A stretch of DNA of 63,734 bases, filler included, from Kipferlia bialata (Eukaryota), in the NCBI GenBank assembly GCA_003568945.1. It is 9 parts of 7 records of this genome, joined end to end, with 100 filler letters (N's around TTAATTAATTAA, not from the genome) between each part and the next. Parts side by side here need not be neighbours in the genome. Positions count along the whole stretch, not along the records: positions 11,154 to 22,198 come from BDIP01001304.1; positions 22,299 to 26,509 come from BDIP01001305.1; 7 more parts are not named here. One strand, given 5' to 3'. Below the pieces are notes generated by a model, which saw nothing but the letters and a program-made list of their open reading frames with translations, was not told where the DNA came from and ran no database searches. Of this stretch, positions 12,681 through 25,307 are shown in pieces (position 1 is the stretch's first letter; every line of letters begins with the position of its first letter). Position numbers and translations under genes: made by a program.

Positions 12681-14107
12681 AATATATATTTGTATACATA
12701 CATATATATACATATATCAGTATATATATGTAGTATACCTCCTCTTCCCCTCCCTCTGTAGCATTGAACACCTCCACCTCCACCTCCACCTCTTGACTCA
12801 ACTTCATCAGGGCACCGAGAGCAACGCCTATGGCCCTATTGTTAGAATACAGTACTTATGATATTTATATATAGTACATATAGTATGTGCATTATATTGA
12901 CTCAGCTTCATCTGGGCACCGAGAGCAACGCCTATGGCCCTACCGTAAGGTAATATATGTACATTTCACATATATATATATATAATATGTTAAGCTTCAC
13001 CAGGGATCTGAGAGCAACGCCAATGGCCCTGGTGGTTAGCAAATATATACCTTCATATAATAGTGTATATATCGGATATGTATATATCGGGTTATGCTTC
13101 ATAAGGGGACTGAGAGCAACACCTATATGACTCTCTCTCTCTTCCTCACTCTCCCTATACCTTGGTATGTCGTTGGATGAGGCAGACTGAGCTAGAAACA
13201 GCCAATAGAATACTATCTGTCTCAGAGGTATATATATATATATATATGTGTGTGTTAACAGACATACTTGGGTATGTCGTTGGACGAGTCTGACTGGGCC
13301 AGGAACATGTAATAGAAAACTCTCTCACACATATATATATATATATATGTTAACAGACATACTTGGGTATATCATTAGAGGAGTCTGACTGGGCCAGGAA
13401 CATGCGGATGTCCGACATAGGCATCTCGGGCATCTTGCACTGTGGGAACTGGTTGGTCTTGGGGTTAGAGAATACTCTACACATAACACTAGTATATATA
13501 TAGATGTATATATATATATATATGCGGATGTCGGACAGAGGCAGGGAGGGCATCTTGCATTGGGGGAACTGATTGGTCTGAAGATCAGAAGTCATAATAG
13601 ATATATGTAGAATATATACATATATATGATATATATATATATATATATATACATGTCAGATAGAGGCATCTCGGGCATCTTGAGAATGAGTGTATATATG
13701 TGTGTATAGATTCATAACCAAACATTAACATATACATACAATACCTGCATGAGGAAGAATGGCACTTCCTGCACTCACAGATGTATACAGACATATTAAT
13801 ATATATATATATATATCTATATCTATACATATACAATACCTGCATCAGTGAGCAAGGTACTTCCTGCATGACGGTGTCATTGGCAGTCTTGACCATGACC
13901 CTTGGGTTACATGTCCAGATACATACAGATATACCTATATACCAATATATATGTCAATATTACTATGGGTGTCATTGGCAGTCTTGACCATGACCCTGGG
14001 CTTAGATATACAGATATATATATAATACTTCATGCACTTGGGTATCATTAGATGGAAAGGGACCATACCTCAGCACTCTCTGCGCTTCATCCATATATGT
14101 ATACATG

Positions 14108-14138
<31 letters not shown>

Positions 14139-14534
14139 ATATATAAATATCTATGCAGGTATTGTATCTCCTACCTCAGCACTGTCTGCTGGGTGACAGT
14201 CTCTGTCCCAAGCATGATCTGGGAGTGAGTGCATATAATACCTACACACATATATATTGGAATGTTTATGAGATAGATAGAGAGAGATAGTCCTATTCTA
14301 TACAGATAATGATACGCATTGTATACCTCTGTGACCGTCCCTTTACCAGACTGCAGTGCTGCCAGGAGGGTGTGCACATTCACCTTGACTCCAATGTAGT
14401 TGCCAGTCCTGGACCTAGGGTGAATATATATAATTGTCAATAGTACTATATACAATATTATTGCATAAAAGAATTGTATTCATTAGTGGACCTTGACTCC
14501 AATGTAGTTGCCTGTCCTAGACCTAAAGTGAGTA

Positions 14535-14572
<38 letters not shown>

Positions 14573-14940
14573 TATGCCTAATATATCCAAATATACGTAT
14601 TAACGAATGGACTTTGACTCCAATGGAGTTGCCAGTCCTCGACCCAGAGTGAATAGTATGTATATGTTGACAATCATAGATATATATACATGAATCTCTT
14701 AACCACAAAGTACTATTGCATATATATACTCTACCTGACTTCCATCATTGAATAGTATATATAAGTATAAGGAAACTCGGTATACTGGTGGAAACAAGTT
14801 GTATACAACTACAGTGTTATTTTTCTCCCTTACACCATTGACCAGAATTAATAATCGAATATACGTAAACTATACACAACACTACAAATAATCAATGGTA
14901 CTAGGCCTAGTAGCTGACTTCCATCATTGAGAACAGGTAG
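11174..14940 (-). CDS. HUS1: HUS1-like 9-1-1 checkpoint clamp subunit, internal part, multi-exon
   Basis: Stitched exons: LFSMMEVRSRTGNYIGVKVNVHTLLAALQSG...VMQEVPCSLMQTNQFPQCKMPEMPMSDIRMFL...ALMKLSQEVEVEV...SISLTLKS..TMQCGWSNL...ICTVSAQHLRQ. These are collinear with recalled HUS1 blocks (VTHDIPIKV..LQEPVVPDPDVSIYL; KMKNISNHLVIEA; LNLKIETELVCVTTHFKDL; EVHIDIRKLLQ). Not database-verified. Confidence 0.7.
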
Positions 14941-15326
14941 AATGAATAGTGTCTATATATATAAACACATATGTAGTATTATGTATAGAAATATAGTATT
15001 ATAGTATTANNNNNNNNNNNNNNNNNNNNNNNNNNNNNNNNNNNNNNNNNNNNNNNNNNNNNNNNNNNNNNNNNNNNNNNNNNNNNNNNNNNNNNNNNNN
15101 NNNNNNNNNNNNNNNNNNNNNNNNNNNNNNNNNNNNNNNNNNNNNNNNNNNNNNNNNNNNNNNNNNNNNNNNNNNNNNNNNNNNNNNNNNNNNNNNNNNN
15201 NNNNNNNNNNNNNNNNNNNNNNNNNNNNNNNNNNNNNNNNNNNNNNNNNNNNNNNNNNNNNNNNNNNNNNNNNNNNNNNNNNNNNNNNNNNNNNNNNNNN
15301 NNNNNNNNNNNNNNNNNNNNNNNNNN

Positions 15327-15371
<45 letters not shown>

Positions 15372-15379
<8 letters not shown>

Positions 15380-16389
15380 ACAGGAGAGAACATAGTTCAT
15401 GATCTGGTATTAGGGGTGAATGGAGAGAGAGAGAAGTGACTCATATTACATAATATACATATATATAACTTAATACTCAAATAGAATACATATAGTAATA
15501 TTCAATCATATACAATACATACCATCAACAATGCTAGGAATCTCTTTGGCCACCTTGGTCATCTATAAATACTATATATACCAATGTACTAATTGCATAT
15601 AAATGCAATATATACCAATATACTAATTGCATATAAATATACACATACCCTGCAGAGAAATGTATAAAACATTACTATATAATATTATGACAATACTATA
15701 CTTACCATTAGAAGAGCGAGGAATCTCTTTGGCTTTGATTTGGCCACCTTGGCCATATATACATTAATATTATATGTAAATAGTGAAATGAACACTCATA
15801 TATATATAGTAACTCACCATCAGAAGAGCTAAGAACCTCTTTGGCTTAGACTTTGCCACCTTGGTGAGAACAAGACCCGCAATCTGCTCATCGACCTGGG
15901 GTTAGTCCAATACAATAATAATAATGACTACAATAATGAATTACAAAGACACTGTATCAATATACAATGGCGTCATTAGAATATCAGCAAAGCACCTTGT
16001 ACTTAGCCATGGCGACACTGAGGCTGAACCCAGAATACATATATATATATATATACATAAATGAATACATGTACTAATCACTATTCTAATGATGCCATTG
16101 GATTATGAACCTTGTACTTGGCCATGGCGACACTGAGGCTGAACCCAGTATATAAATATATATATACAAATATACATGTATCACTATTCCAATGATGTCA
16201 TTAGAATAGTAGCAAAGCACCTTGTACTTGGCCATGGCGACACTGAGGCTGAAACCGGCCAGAACCAGAAGGACAGTCCCACTCATCATGCCAGAAATGA
16301 TCTGACAATAAGGGTCAAGAGGGAGAGAGAGAGATAGAGAGAGAGCCACTCATCATGCCAGAAATGATCTGAAAATAAGGGTCTAGAAG

Positions 16390-16428
<39 letters not shown>

Positions 16429-17059
16429 GATTAGTCCCACTCATCATGCCAGAAATGATCTGAAAAAATAAGGGGCTAGAGAGAGCGAGAGAGAGAAAGA
16501 GAAAGAGGGAGAGAGAGAGGTCCTATACCTCGCTTGCTGCGTCACCAGGGGCAAGAACCTCGTCGGTGTCGGAGTCCTGACATTAGGGGGCTAGAGAGAG
16601 AGAGTGAGAGGGAATCCGAGAGCGTATACTGTACGAATATTTACCGGTGAGTAAGTAGGACACATATATATTTATATATATATTACATTGTAATTATTGT
16701 AGAGTAGCGGTTAAAAGTGTACCGTTAGGACGTATGACACGCATACCACAAAGGTGATATATATACATATATATATATATATACATATATATATGTACTT
16801 CTAATGAATAGACAAACAGAAAGTAGTATATCCTAACCTTTAGGACGTATGGGACGCATACTACGAATGGTATCACTAGTGCAGTATATATGCATGAATA
16901 CCATAATACTGATATAAAGTATATACACTGTATATACCTTAAGCACGTAGGATACGCATACCACGAATGGTATGACTAGGGCTGTGACATGGAGGGGCAG
17001 GGCCTCGGCACCCCAGAGGATAGAGGCACCTAGGACAATACCTAGACAGCGCCTATGCT

Positions 17060-17094
<35 letters not shown>

Positions 17095-18443
17095 CCTCGG
17101 CACCCCAGAGGATAGAGGCACCAAGCACTATACCAAGGCAGCGCCTATGATAAAAAAAGAGAAAAAGAAAAACACCAAGTCTTGACAGCGCCTCTCTTTA
17201 CAGTATATACACATACATATATACTACCATATTGACTATAGAGCACCTAGCTGTAGCCTCCATGGCTGTCACAAACACAGAGCAGCTGACACCCACAATG
17301 AGGGCAAGGATTATGAAGATGACGTCCTGAGAATAAGGGGGTAGGGAGAGAGAGAGAGAGAGAGAGATACACCCACAATGAGGGCAAGGATCATGAAGAT
17401 GAAATCCTGATATTAAGGGGCTAGGGGGAGAGAGGGAGAGAGAGAGAGAGAGAGTAAATACCTTCAGTGTGACCGAGAAGACCTTGTGCTCCTTCTCTCT
17501 CTGCTCCTCCTTGTCGGAAGAGAGATCCAGCTGGGCCTTGGCCTGCAATAAGGGTCTAGGAGGAGAGAATAAAGGGTGTAGAGGGAGAGAGAGAGGTTCC
17601 TAACCTGGTGAGCCCCCCAGTCCACGAGGTATGGGTTCTTCTTCCAAGAGAGAGAGGACTCTACAGCAGACAGAAGACCTGAAATAAGGGTGTAGAGGGA
17701 GAGAGAGAGAGAGGACTCTACAGCAGACAGAATGCCTGGAATAAGGGTGTAGAGGGGGGGAGAGAGAGAGGGAGTGGGAGCAGAAGAAGTGTATATTGGA
17801 CTAGCGTTGTACACAGGATATACCCACCTGCCCTCTGCTCCTCCCCCTGCTCTCCCATCCTGGTGCAGTATATATACTATATACATAGTATATCTACACA
17901 TATTACATATATATTACGTATATATATATATACATGTATATACCTGCCCTCTGCTCCTCCCCCTGCTCTCCCATCCTGGTGCAGTATGCGCTGAAGGCAT
18001 CGCCTGGTATTAGTATCAGAATATATATACATTATTATATAATACCATAATATATATGTATATATATACATTATTATATAATACATTAATATCCCCCATC
18101 CTTGTGCAGTATGCACTGAAGGCATCGCCTGGGGTCAGATAATATAATAATTATAGTTACATTTCACAATAATAAATATGAATTACAATAATTGTATAAT
18201 AGTAATGATACTGGTGCAGTATACGCTGAAGGCGTCGCCTAGTGTCAGTGGCAGTATGCAGTATACATACATATGAATCAGACTGAATATTGTAGCTACT
18301 GTCCTTGTCAGCTACAAAATTGTAACCATAATCATGTAACTGATACCTAGCTCGGTGGTCAGCTCCTCGATAGTACTTGTATTTTTAGTATATATGTACT
18401 AATCACTAGTCTATTGCAAAGTATATTCAATTATATATATATC

Positions 18444-18475
<32 letters not shown>

Positions 18476-20049
18476 TATCATTATACCTAGCTCGGTGGTC
18501 AGCTCCTCAAGGCGGGAGGTGTCAGAGAAGGGCTGGTCGCGCATCTGGTATTAAGGGGCTAGAGAGAGAGAGAGAGAGAGAGAGAGAAGGGCTGGTCACG
18601 CATCTGGGATTAAGGGGCTAGGGAGAGAGAGACAGAGAGAGAGTAGGTACCTCCATGTGCAGGTTGCTGTCCAGCAGGTGACTGTGCCTGTACAATATAA
18701 CACTACTCCATATACAATATGAATACATGTATGTGTACAATACATATATATATATATATACGTGTATATAGATATATATGTCTATATACCTCCATGTGCA
18801 GGTTGCTGTCCAGCAGGTGGCTCTGCCTGTACAATATATAATACTACTCCATATACAATATGCATACTCATGTATCTATGTGTACAATATACATATATAT
18901 ATATATGTGTGTGTGTGTGTATATACATATGTATATATATACTATACTGCATTATTACCTCCATGTGCAGGTTGCTGTCCAGCAGGTGGCTGTGCAAAGA
19001 TATATATATATATGTATATATATGATAATACTCACAAATATACATAATAGTTAGGGGGCTAGAGAGAGAGAAAGAGAGAGTATAATACCTCCATGTGCAG
19101 GTTGCTGTCCAGGAGGTGACTGTGCCTGTACAATTTATAACACTACTCCATATACTATATGAATACATGTATGTGTACAATACATATATATATGTGTGTA
19201 TATACATATATATGTATATATGTACCTCCATGTGCAGGTTGCTGTCCAGCAGGTGGCTGTGCCAGTACAATATACAATACTACTCCATATACTATATGAA
19301 TACCCATGTATGTGGACAATATATAAACAATAAACATACATATATACTAAATATACATGTATATACCTCCATGTGCAGGTTGCTGTCCAGCAGGTGACTG
19401 TGCAGGTACCATATATATGTGTATATGATAATACTCACAAGTATACATAATAGTTAGGGGGCTAGAGAGAGAGAAAGAGAGAGTATATATACCTCCATGT
19501 GCAGGTTGCTGTCCAGCAGGTGACTGTGCATGCGACGGTCGGCCTTCTTGCAGATCTTGCTAAAGGTGAGAATAGAATAGATATAGAGATACGCATATAT
19601 GCAAATAGTTCGGCCTTCTTGCAGAGCTTGCTGAGTGTTAACACACATATATATACATAAATATCTATATGTCTATATGTACATACCGCAGGGCAGTGAG
19701 GTTGAGCTCTGCGTGGTCGATGAGCTCAAAGAGGTGGACCATCTCATCAAACATCCTGGGGGTAAATAAGGGTGTAGAGAAAGAGAGAGAGAGAGAGAGA
19801 GAAGATGAGGCACTCTCTTAAACACTGATAGTGTAGCAATATATATATTCACATACCTCTTCTTGAGTACTGACTCGTATGCATAATACACACATATATA
19901 TATACTATAGATAATACATATGATATATAGGGTGTATATATGTGTATATACCTCTTCTTAAGGACAGACTCGTATGCCTCTGTGTCCACATTGTCACCAG
20001 AGGATAGACGGGTGATGAGAGAGGCCACACGCTCCTCTGGATATAAGGG

Positions 20050-20083
<34 letters not shown>

Positions 20084-20834
20084 CTGCCAGCCTCAGGTGC
20101 TCGTGGTGGAACAGGTTGCAGGCATCAACCTCAGACTGGAGCAGAGTAACAAACCTTTCATAAGAAGGCCAGGTATGTATGTATAATATATAATACACAC
20201 AAATAATATATTATATGTGCAGACCATATAAACAACACATATATAAATACATATACATATCATAATGTATTGCATCATAATGTATTGCATCATATATATA
20301 TATATAGTATATACCTGGCGATGTTTGCGGCACTCCTCTCCTGCGCCAATCTCTTCTTCCTGGCCTAGAAGTGAATAAGGGGTGTAGAAGGAGAGAGTAA
20401 AAGGGTGTAGAAGGAGAAAGAAGTAAGTGATAGTGTTGGCCTAGAAGCGAATAGAGGGTGATGAAGAAGAGAAGCAATCAAACACTGTTTACTAATACAT
20501 ATGAAGTGATTAGTACTAGAATATACGATAGGGTTATTACTCGATTAAAATAGCTATCCATATACATAAATATACCTGCAGGTGCATGTGTGCATTGGAC
20601 AGAGCACGGGGTCTGCCTCTGGACCTAGTGGTAAAAGGGTGTAGAGGGAGAGAGATATAGAAATATAACACTGTATATGCGGTAAACGGGTGAAGAAGAG
20701 TAATAGGGGTGAAGAGGAGACATGGATATAGTGAACATGGAAACATACACATTCATATATTTACAATAGAATAAATACACATAAGTATACTACAAAGCGT
20801 TTACCATACCTGTCTGAGACCTCACTGGCCTCAC

Positions 20835-20876
<42 letters not shown>

Positions 20877-22063
20877 CCTCTCTGACACCTCACTGGCCTC
20901 ACGGTCCACACCGGGCACTGGGGTGAGATGAGTATATATAATGAATATTGATATATATACATGGAGATAGAGAGATAGGGAGAGAGAGAGAGAGGGAGAG
21001 ACCTCACGGTCCACACGAGGCTCTGGGGTAAGAGAATACCAATTTATATATCGAGAGAGAAGAACAGAAAACAAAGTAGTCATCATTCAATGTCATATGG
21101 ATAGTAGGGATATGGATATCGTCCAACTAGTGCTTACATACCCTCCAGTGTGTCTGTCACGACCACAGGGTCAGGAAGGGCAGACTCCTCTGGATATAAG
21201 GGTCTAGAGAGAGAGAGAGAGAGAGAGAGATGTCAGGGAGGGGACACTCCTATTGATATAAGGGTCTAGAGAGAGAGAGGGGGGGGGGCATTGAGGGAAG
21301 CGATAGGGATGGATATATGAGGAGAGGGGGATGTGAAGAAATGGGACCGGTACACAATTCATTCACATATATATATTTACCTGTGACAGCCCCCATATAC
21401 ATATAAATATATGTATATACATACTTATACTTGAATGTATATATAACTATCAATATGTATATACCACCTATACCTGTGACAGCCCTCTCAGCTATGGTTG
21501 CCAGCTCAGACAGGGGGATGTGGGGTGTATCAGCCTCAGACACCTCAGGAGAGGCAAGGGTGGACTCTGAGAATAAGGGTGTAGAGGGAGAGAGAGAGAG
21601 AGAGAGATGTGGGGGGTATCAGCCTCAGAGACCTCGGGAGAGGCAAGAGTAGACTCTGAGAATAAGGAGGATAGAGAGTGAGAGAGAGAGAGAGAGACAG
21701 AGATTGAAGCCAAATAGTGTGTAGAGGGTGGGAGGAGAGAAAGAAAGATAGGGAGGGAGACACCTAGGGGGCGACACGGGTACGACTCTAAGATGATACA
21801 GTTGTGGGGGGGGGGGTAGGAAGTGAAAGGGAGACCTTGGGAGAATACAAAGTACGCATCAGTATGATATTATATATATGTGCATATGTATACATATGTT
21901 TACCTAGTCCTCCATTGCACACATCCTCCTGGGTGATACAACACTCATATACTCATATGTATATATATATACCTACACTACAATATATATAGAGTATATA
22001 CACATACATACCTAGTCCTCCGTTGCACACATCCTGCTGGGTGATACCGGCCTTGATGATGTC
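15372..22063 (-). CDS. SPX-domain SLC13/DASS phosphate transporter (Pho87/Pho90/Pho91-like), partial at both ends
   Basis: SPX motifs RFVTLLQSEVDACNLF and AELNLTALRKICKKADR (lysine cluster). TM blocks RCLGIVLGASILWGAEALPLHVTALVIPFVV, MMSGTVLLVLAGFSLSVAMAKYKV and RFLALLMIMNYVLSCVIS match Pho87-family LLWATEAIPLFVTSLLIP / LLLGGFTIAAALSKY. Confidence 0.88.
18649..19560 (-). repeat. Interspaced array of ~38-bp exon-3'-end copies (7 units including the true exon)
   Basis: ACCTCCATGTGCAGGTTGCTGTCCAGCAGGTGRCT at 18649, 18788, 18957, 19087, 19224, 19365 and 19491. Only the last extends into the full exon KICKKADRRMHSHLLDSNLHME. Confidence 0.92.
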
Positions 22064-22086
22064 CTGGTATTAAGGGTGTAGACAGA

Positions 22087-22118
<32 letters not shown>

Positions 22119-22149
22119 TTCCACATATGTACCCATACACACAGATTGA

Positions 22150-22185
<36 letters not shown>

Positions 22186-22745
22186 AAAAAAATAAGGGNN
22201 NNNNNNNNNNNNNNNNNNNNNNNNNNNNNNNNNNNNNNNNNNTTAATTAATTAANNNNNNNNNNNNNNNNNNNNNNNNNNNNNNNNNNNNNNNNNNNNCG
22301 TCGTAGGACACTGCCAGTACCCTCCCAGGCCCTATCCCAATAGTCCAGCAAATACGTGGATACACATCATCAACACGACTGACTGGGTGGCACTTGTATA
22401 GCTGAGGCAACATAGGGGGCTTTGTGCGTAAGTTTGAAGAGGTATGTGTGTTGGTGGCCTCTCAGACCCTGAGGGTTACTGGTTAGCCAAGGGTCAGGCG
22501 TGCTGTCTAGTGGTTCAAACTGAGGGTTTCACAATGTTTTCAGATTGATGACTGTAGATTGCCCTCATATGATTACTATAGATGTCGCATTGTATGTTAA
22601 GGGAGTGACCTGCTGACACAGTGGACTGTCAAGAACCGGATATCATAGAGGCAGGGGCAATGATAGCATTTCTCTCTATTGAATACAAGATATCGATTCA
22701 GTAGTTCAGGAACTACATGTATCGTCTATTGAACAAGGAATCCAT

Positions 22746-23829
22746 CTACTCCTCTGCATGCCACACACTGCTGGGTGGGGAGAATGCCCACCTAAGGTCA
22801 GTGTGTGGGAACACCAACTCAGGGTCGATGGATATTGTCACACACGCAGCACGGTCAGCGAGAGGAACCAGTGCCTCTCCACCACTGCTCTGTAGGCATC
22901 TCCTTGGACAGAGCCACTGCCCTTGCTTCTGCACCTCTCCCCAGTCATTCCACTCGCCACTTATGGTATCGTATGCATACACAGTACCAGGGAGAGCTGG
23001 GAAGGCAACCAGGAAGCTACCATGTGACTGTGAGTAAGGACGGTAACAAATAGTAAATAGATATCAGCAGATAGATGAGAGACAACAGACAATGATAGAT
23101 TGGACTCATACTCATACAGTATATGAGTATGATAGGATTCATACACATTCAATGACAAATCCTTTCTTGTCGAGTGAAGTGAATACACGTGGTGGGTCTT
23201 ACCAAAAGGAGTGTAAGTGCCCTATCCCCCTCAATGGGACACTGTCCCTCATTTCGCCAACCCCGTCTGAAACCATACGTCCGCAGGGTGCTATTGTGGA
23301 CAATATATGCTGTATCTCCTACAACTGCAGTACATGAACGGCAATACATACTGCTATCAGGTGCGTCACCACAACGGGTCCAACTTTGTGTGTATACACT
23401 GTACACCCAAGTAGCAGTTACAGGCCTGTTGTAGGGTGAGAAGCCTCCAGTCAATATAACACACCCCTCCAGTGTTAATACCAAAGGATTGTATCTGCCG
23501 CCCAGGGTACCTCTTGATACTTGGCGTATGGTCCCACATGTTGCTAGGTCTACAGTATGGATATGGAATGTGTCGTCACAGTCCCAGGAAACGAGGTACA
23601 GGACTGAATACACGTACGCATAGGAGATCCATGTATCTGGCTCCGATACTGGTAGCACCCAGTCTACTAGGTACTCATCTGAGTCACTGGGCCGTGTAAG
23701 CAGCGTAACACTCCCGTTGCTTAGAGACTCACTGATGACTAATACCCGCCTTTCACCAATTCCAATGGTTCTTCCTATATCGAGACCCTCCAAGAGTGAC
23801 TGGGTCTTACACTGCCATAATGGCGGCAT
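22746..23829 (-). CDS. Kelch-like beta-propeller protein, 2 exons (23829-23203, 23027-22746), 302 aa
   Basis: Phase-0 intron GTAAGA...CTTACTCACAG (23202-23028) joins the two ORFs. Motifs VILTGG, TWVYSVYTQSWTRCGDAP, AVVGDTAYIV, YAYDTISGEW and DPELVFPHTDLRWA. Confidence 0.75.
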
Positions 23830-24263
23830 GATGTTGGGGGGTCTCTGTCTCTAGTAGAGAGGGCGACAGTGTGTAGCCGGTTTCTCGATGATGGTATCAC
23901 TGTAGAGTCGAGAACATGGAAGCCAGTGGTAGTCTGTTAGCAGAGTTACAACAGCGGTCGATCATTCATTGTATTAATGTATGTTAGGGGGGTAGAAGGA
24001 GCAATAGACTACTCCACGTTTGAACCTTTGTACGCTATGTTGTAACCCAAGGACAAAACAGGACCCTCATTGGTGAATTCAACAAGTATATGAATATGCG
24101 TTCTATCCGTCGTTGATTGTATGCCAATAGTGCGTGATATAAGTTAAGAGACTGGTTCCGTAACTCAATATCGTAGTGTGCCTGATACACAAACACTATT
24201 TAGTGTACAGAGCTATACATGGCTATCTACCAATTGGGTCGGAGATATGATCTCACTTACGTA

Positions 24264-25307
24264 TCACACTGAGCTATACCCCCAACGCAGAGAACAGTGG
24301 GGGTATATCATCTCCTCAGGGAAGTGGAAGAAGCTGTCTCCTCTGTTTCCTGACACAAATGCAGTATCAGGACTGATCATCACTCCGCCTTGGAATCCAT
24401 CGTTGTCTCCTGTTCCCCACACTTCCATCTCGCCAGATATGACATCAAAGGCGACAAGAGACGAGTGCTCCCTGCCGGTCTCTCTTCTCATCAGCATGTA
24501 GTGCCCAACAACGAGAGTGTCATTAGGTCCCACTACTCTCTTCGTCAGCTGCATATCAGGGAGATCTGTTTCAATGGTCCACCCCCTCCCCTCTCTGAAT
24601 GTCACATGTACATGACCCCTCACAAAGTGTGCTGTGTCCCCAATCACGCAGTGGTAGTAACCCCAAAGTGGCACGGGACTGTCAGGCAGGGATGTCCAGC
24701 TACTTTGAGGGTTAGAGGGTCGAGGGTAACTGGCAGGGAAACCAGCAGGGACACTAGCAGAGTAACTACCATTAGGGTCTAGTAGCCAAGCCTGGGTCGA
24801 CCGGTGCACGATAGTTGGCTCCGGATATGTCCACCTACTGTCAATTTTCACATGCACACCGCCTGTCACCAAGACTCGTCCATCTATGGGGACCATGGGG
24901 CCAACACGGTGCACCAGATGTGGCTTAGTGTAGTGAGGTAGGTCTGGTGGGGACGACACAGAAGAGGAAACAAGTCTTCCGTTGTAACCAAAGACACTCG
25001 AGTCAAGGTGGTACACTTCAAAGTTCCGGTCGTGGGTGATGAGTGAGCCTCTGGTAGCAGCCATGCCATCTTGGGAGGATGACATTGGATACCCAGCGTC
25101 AATGTGTGGGATTCCGTCATGTGTGCCGATCTCAACCAACATGGTGTAGTATGAGAACCCATCGTCAATGTCAACACTTCTGGATACACAGAACACGGTG
25201 TTGTAGTCCACCAATACCATGGGATGGTCTCTGAGGAAGCTGTTATTCCCCCACTGGATCTTACTCACAACCACAGACACTGACGGCTTCGAGTCGAGGT
25301 TCGTCAT
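24264..25307 (-). CDS. Kelch-like beta-propeller protein, intronless, ~347 aa
   Basis: Open frame from ATG 25307 (MTNLDSK). Motifs GRVLVTGG, AWLLDP, WTSLPDSP, VIGDTAHF, VAFDVISGE and EEMIYPHCSLRWG. Confidence 0.78.
   Translation of the reverse strand: MTNLDSKPSVSVVVSKIQWGNNSFLRDHPMVLVDYNTVFCVSRSVDIDDGFSYYTMLVEIGTHDGIPHIDAGYPMSSSQDGMAATRGSLITHDRNFEVYHLDSSVFGYNGRLVSSSVSSPPDLPHYTKPHLVHRVGPMVPIDGRVLVTGGVHVKIDSRWTYPEPTIVHRSTQAWLLDPNGSYSASVPAGFPASYPRPSNPQSSWTSLPDSPVPLWGYYHCVIGDTAHFVRGHVHVTFREGRGWTIETDLPDMQLTKRVVGPNDTLVVGHYMLMRRETGREHSSLVAFDVISGEMEVWGTGDNDGFQGGVMISPDTAFVSGNRGDSFFHFPEEMIYPHCSLRWGYSSV

Noticed and set aside
11629..12703. Many short ORFs rich in YIYI, SLSL or ERER
   Set aside because: Translations of intronic (TA)n and (GA)n microsatellites.
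16584..16600. Telomere-like TTAGGG/GGGTTAG words
   Set aside because: Single copies positioned at acceptors; they are the reverse complement of the branch/3' splice motif, not tandem telomeric arrays.
18649..19560. CRISPR array
   Set aside because: The repeat is the tail of a coding exon plus its donor, the spacers are long, low-complexity and related to each other, no cas genes are present, and the context is eukaryotic.
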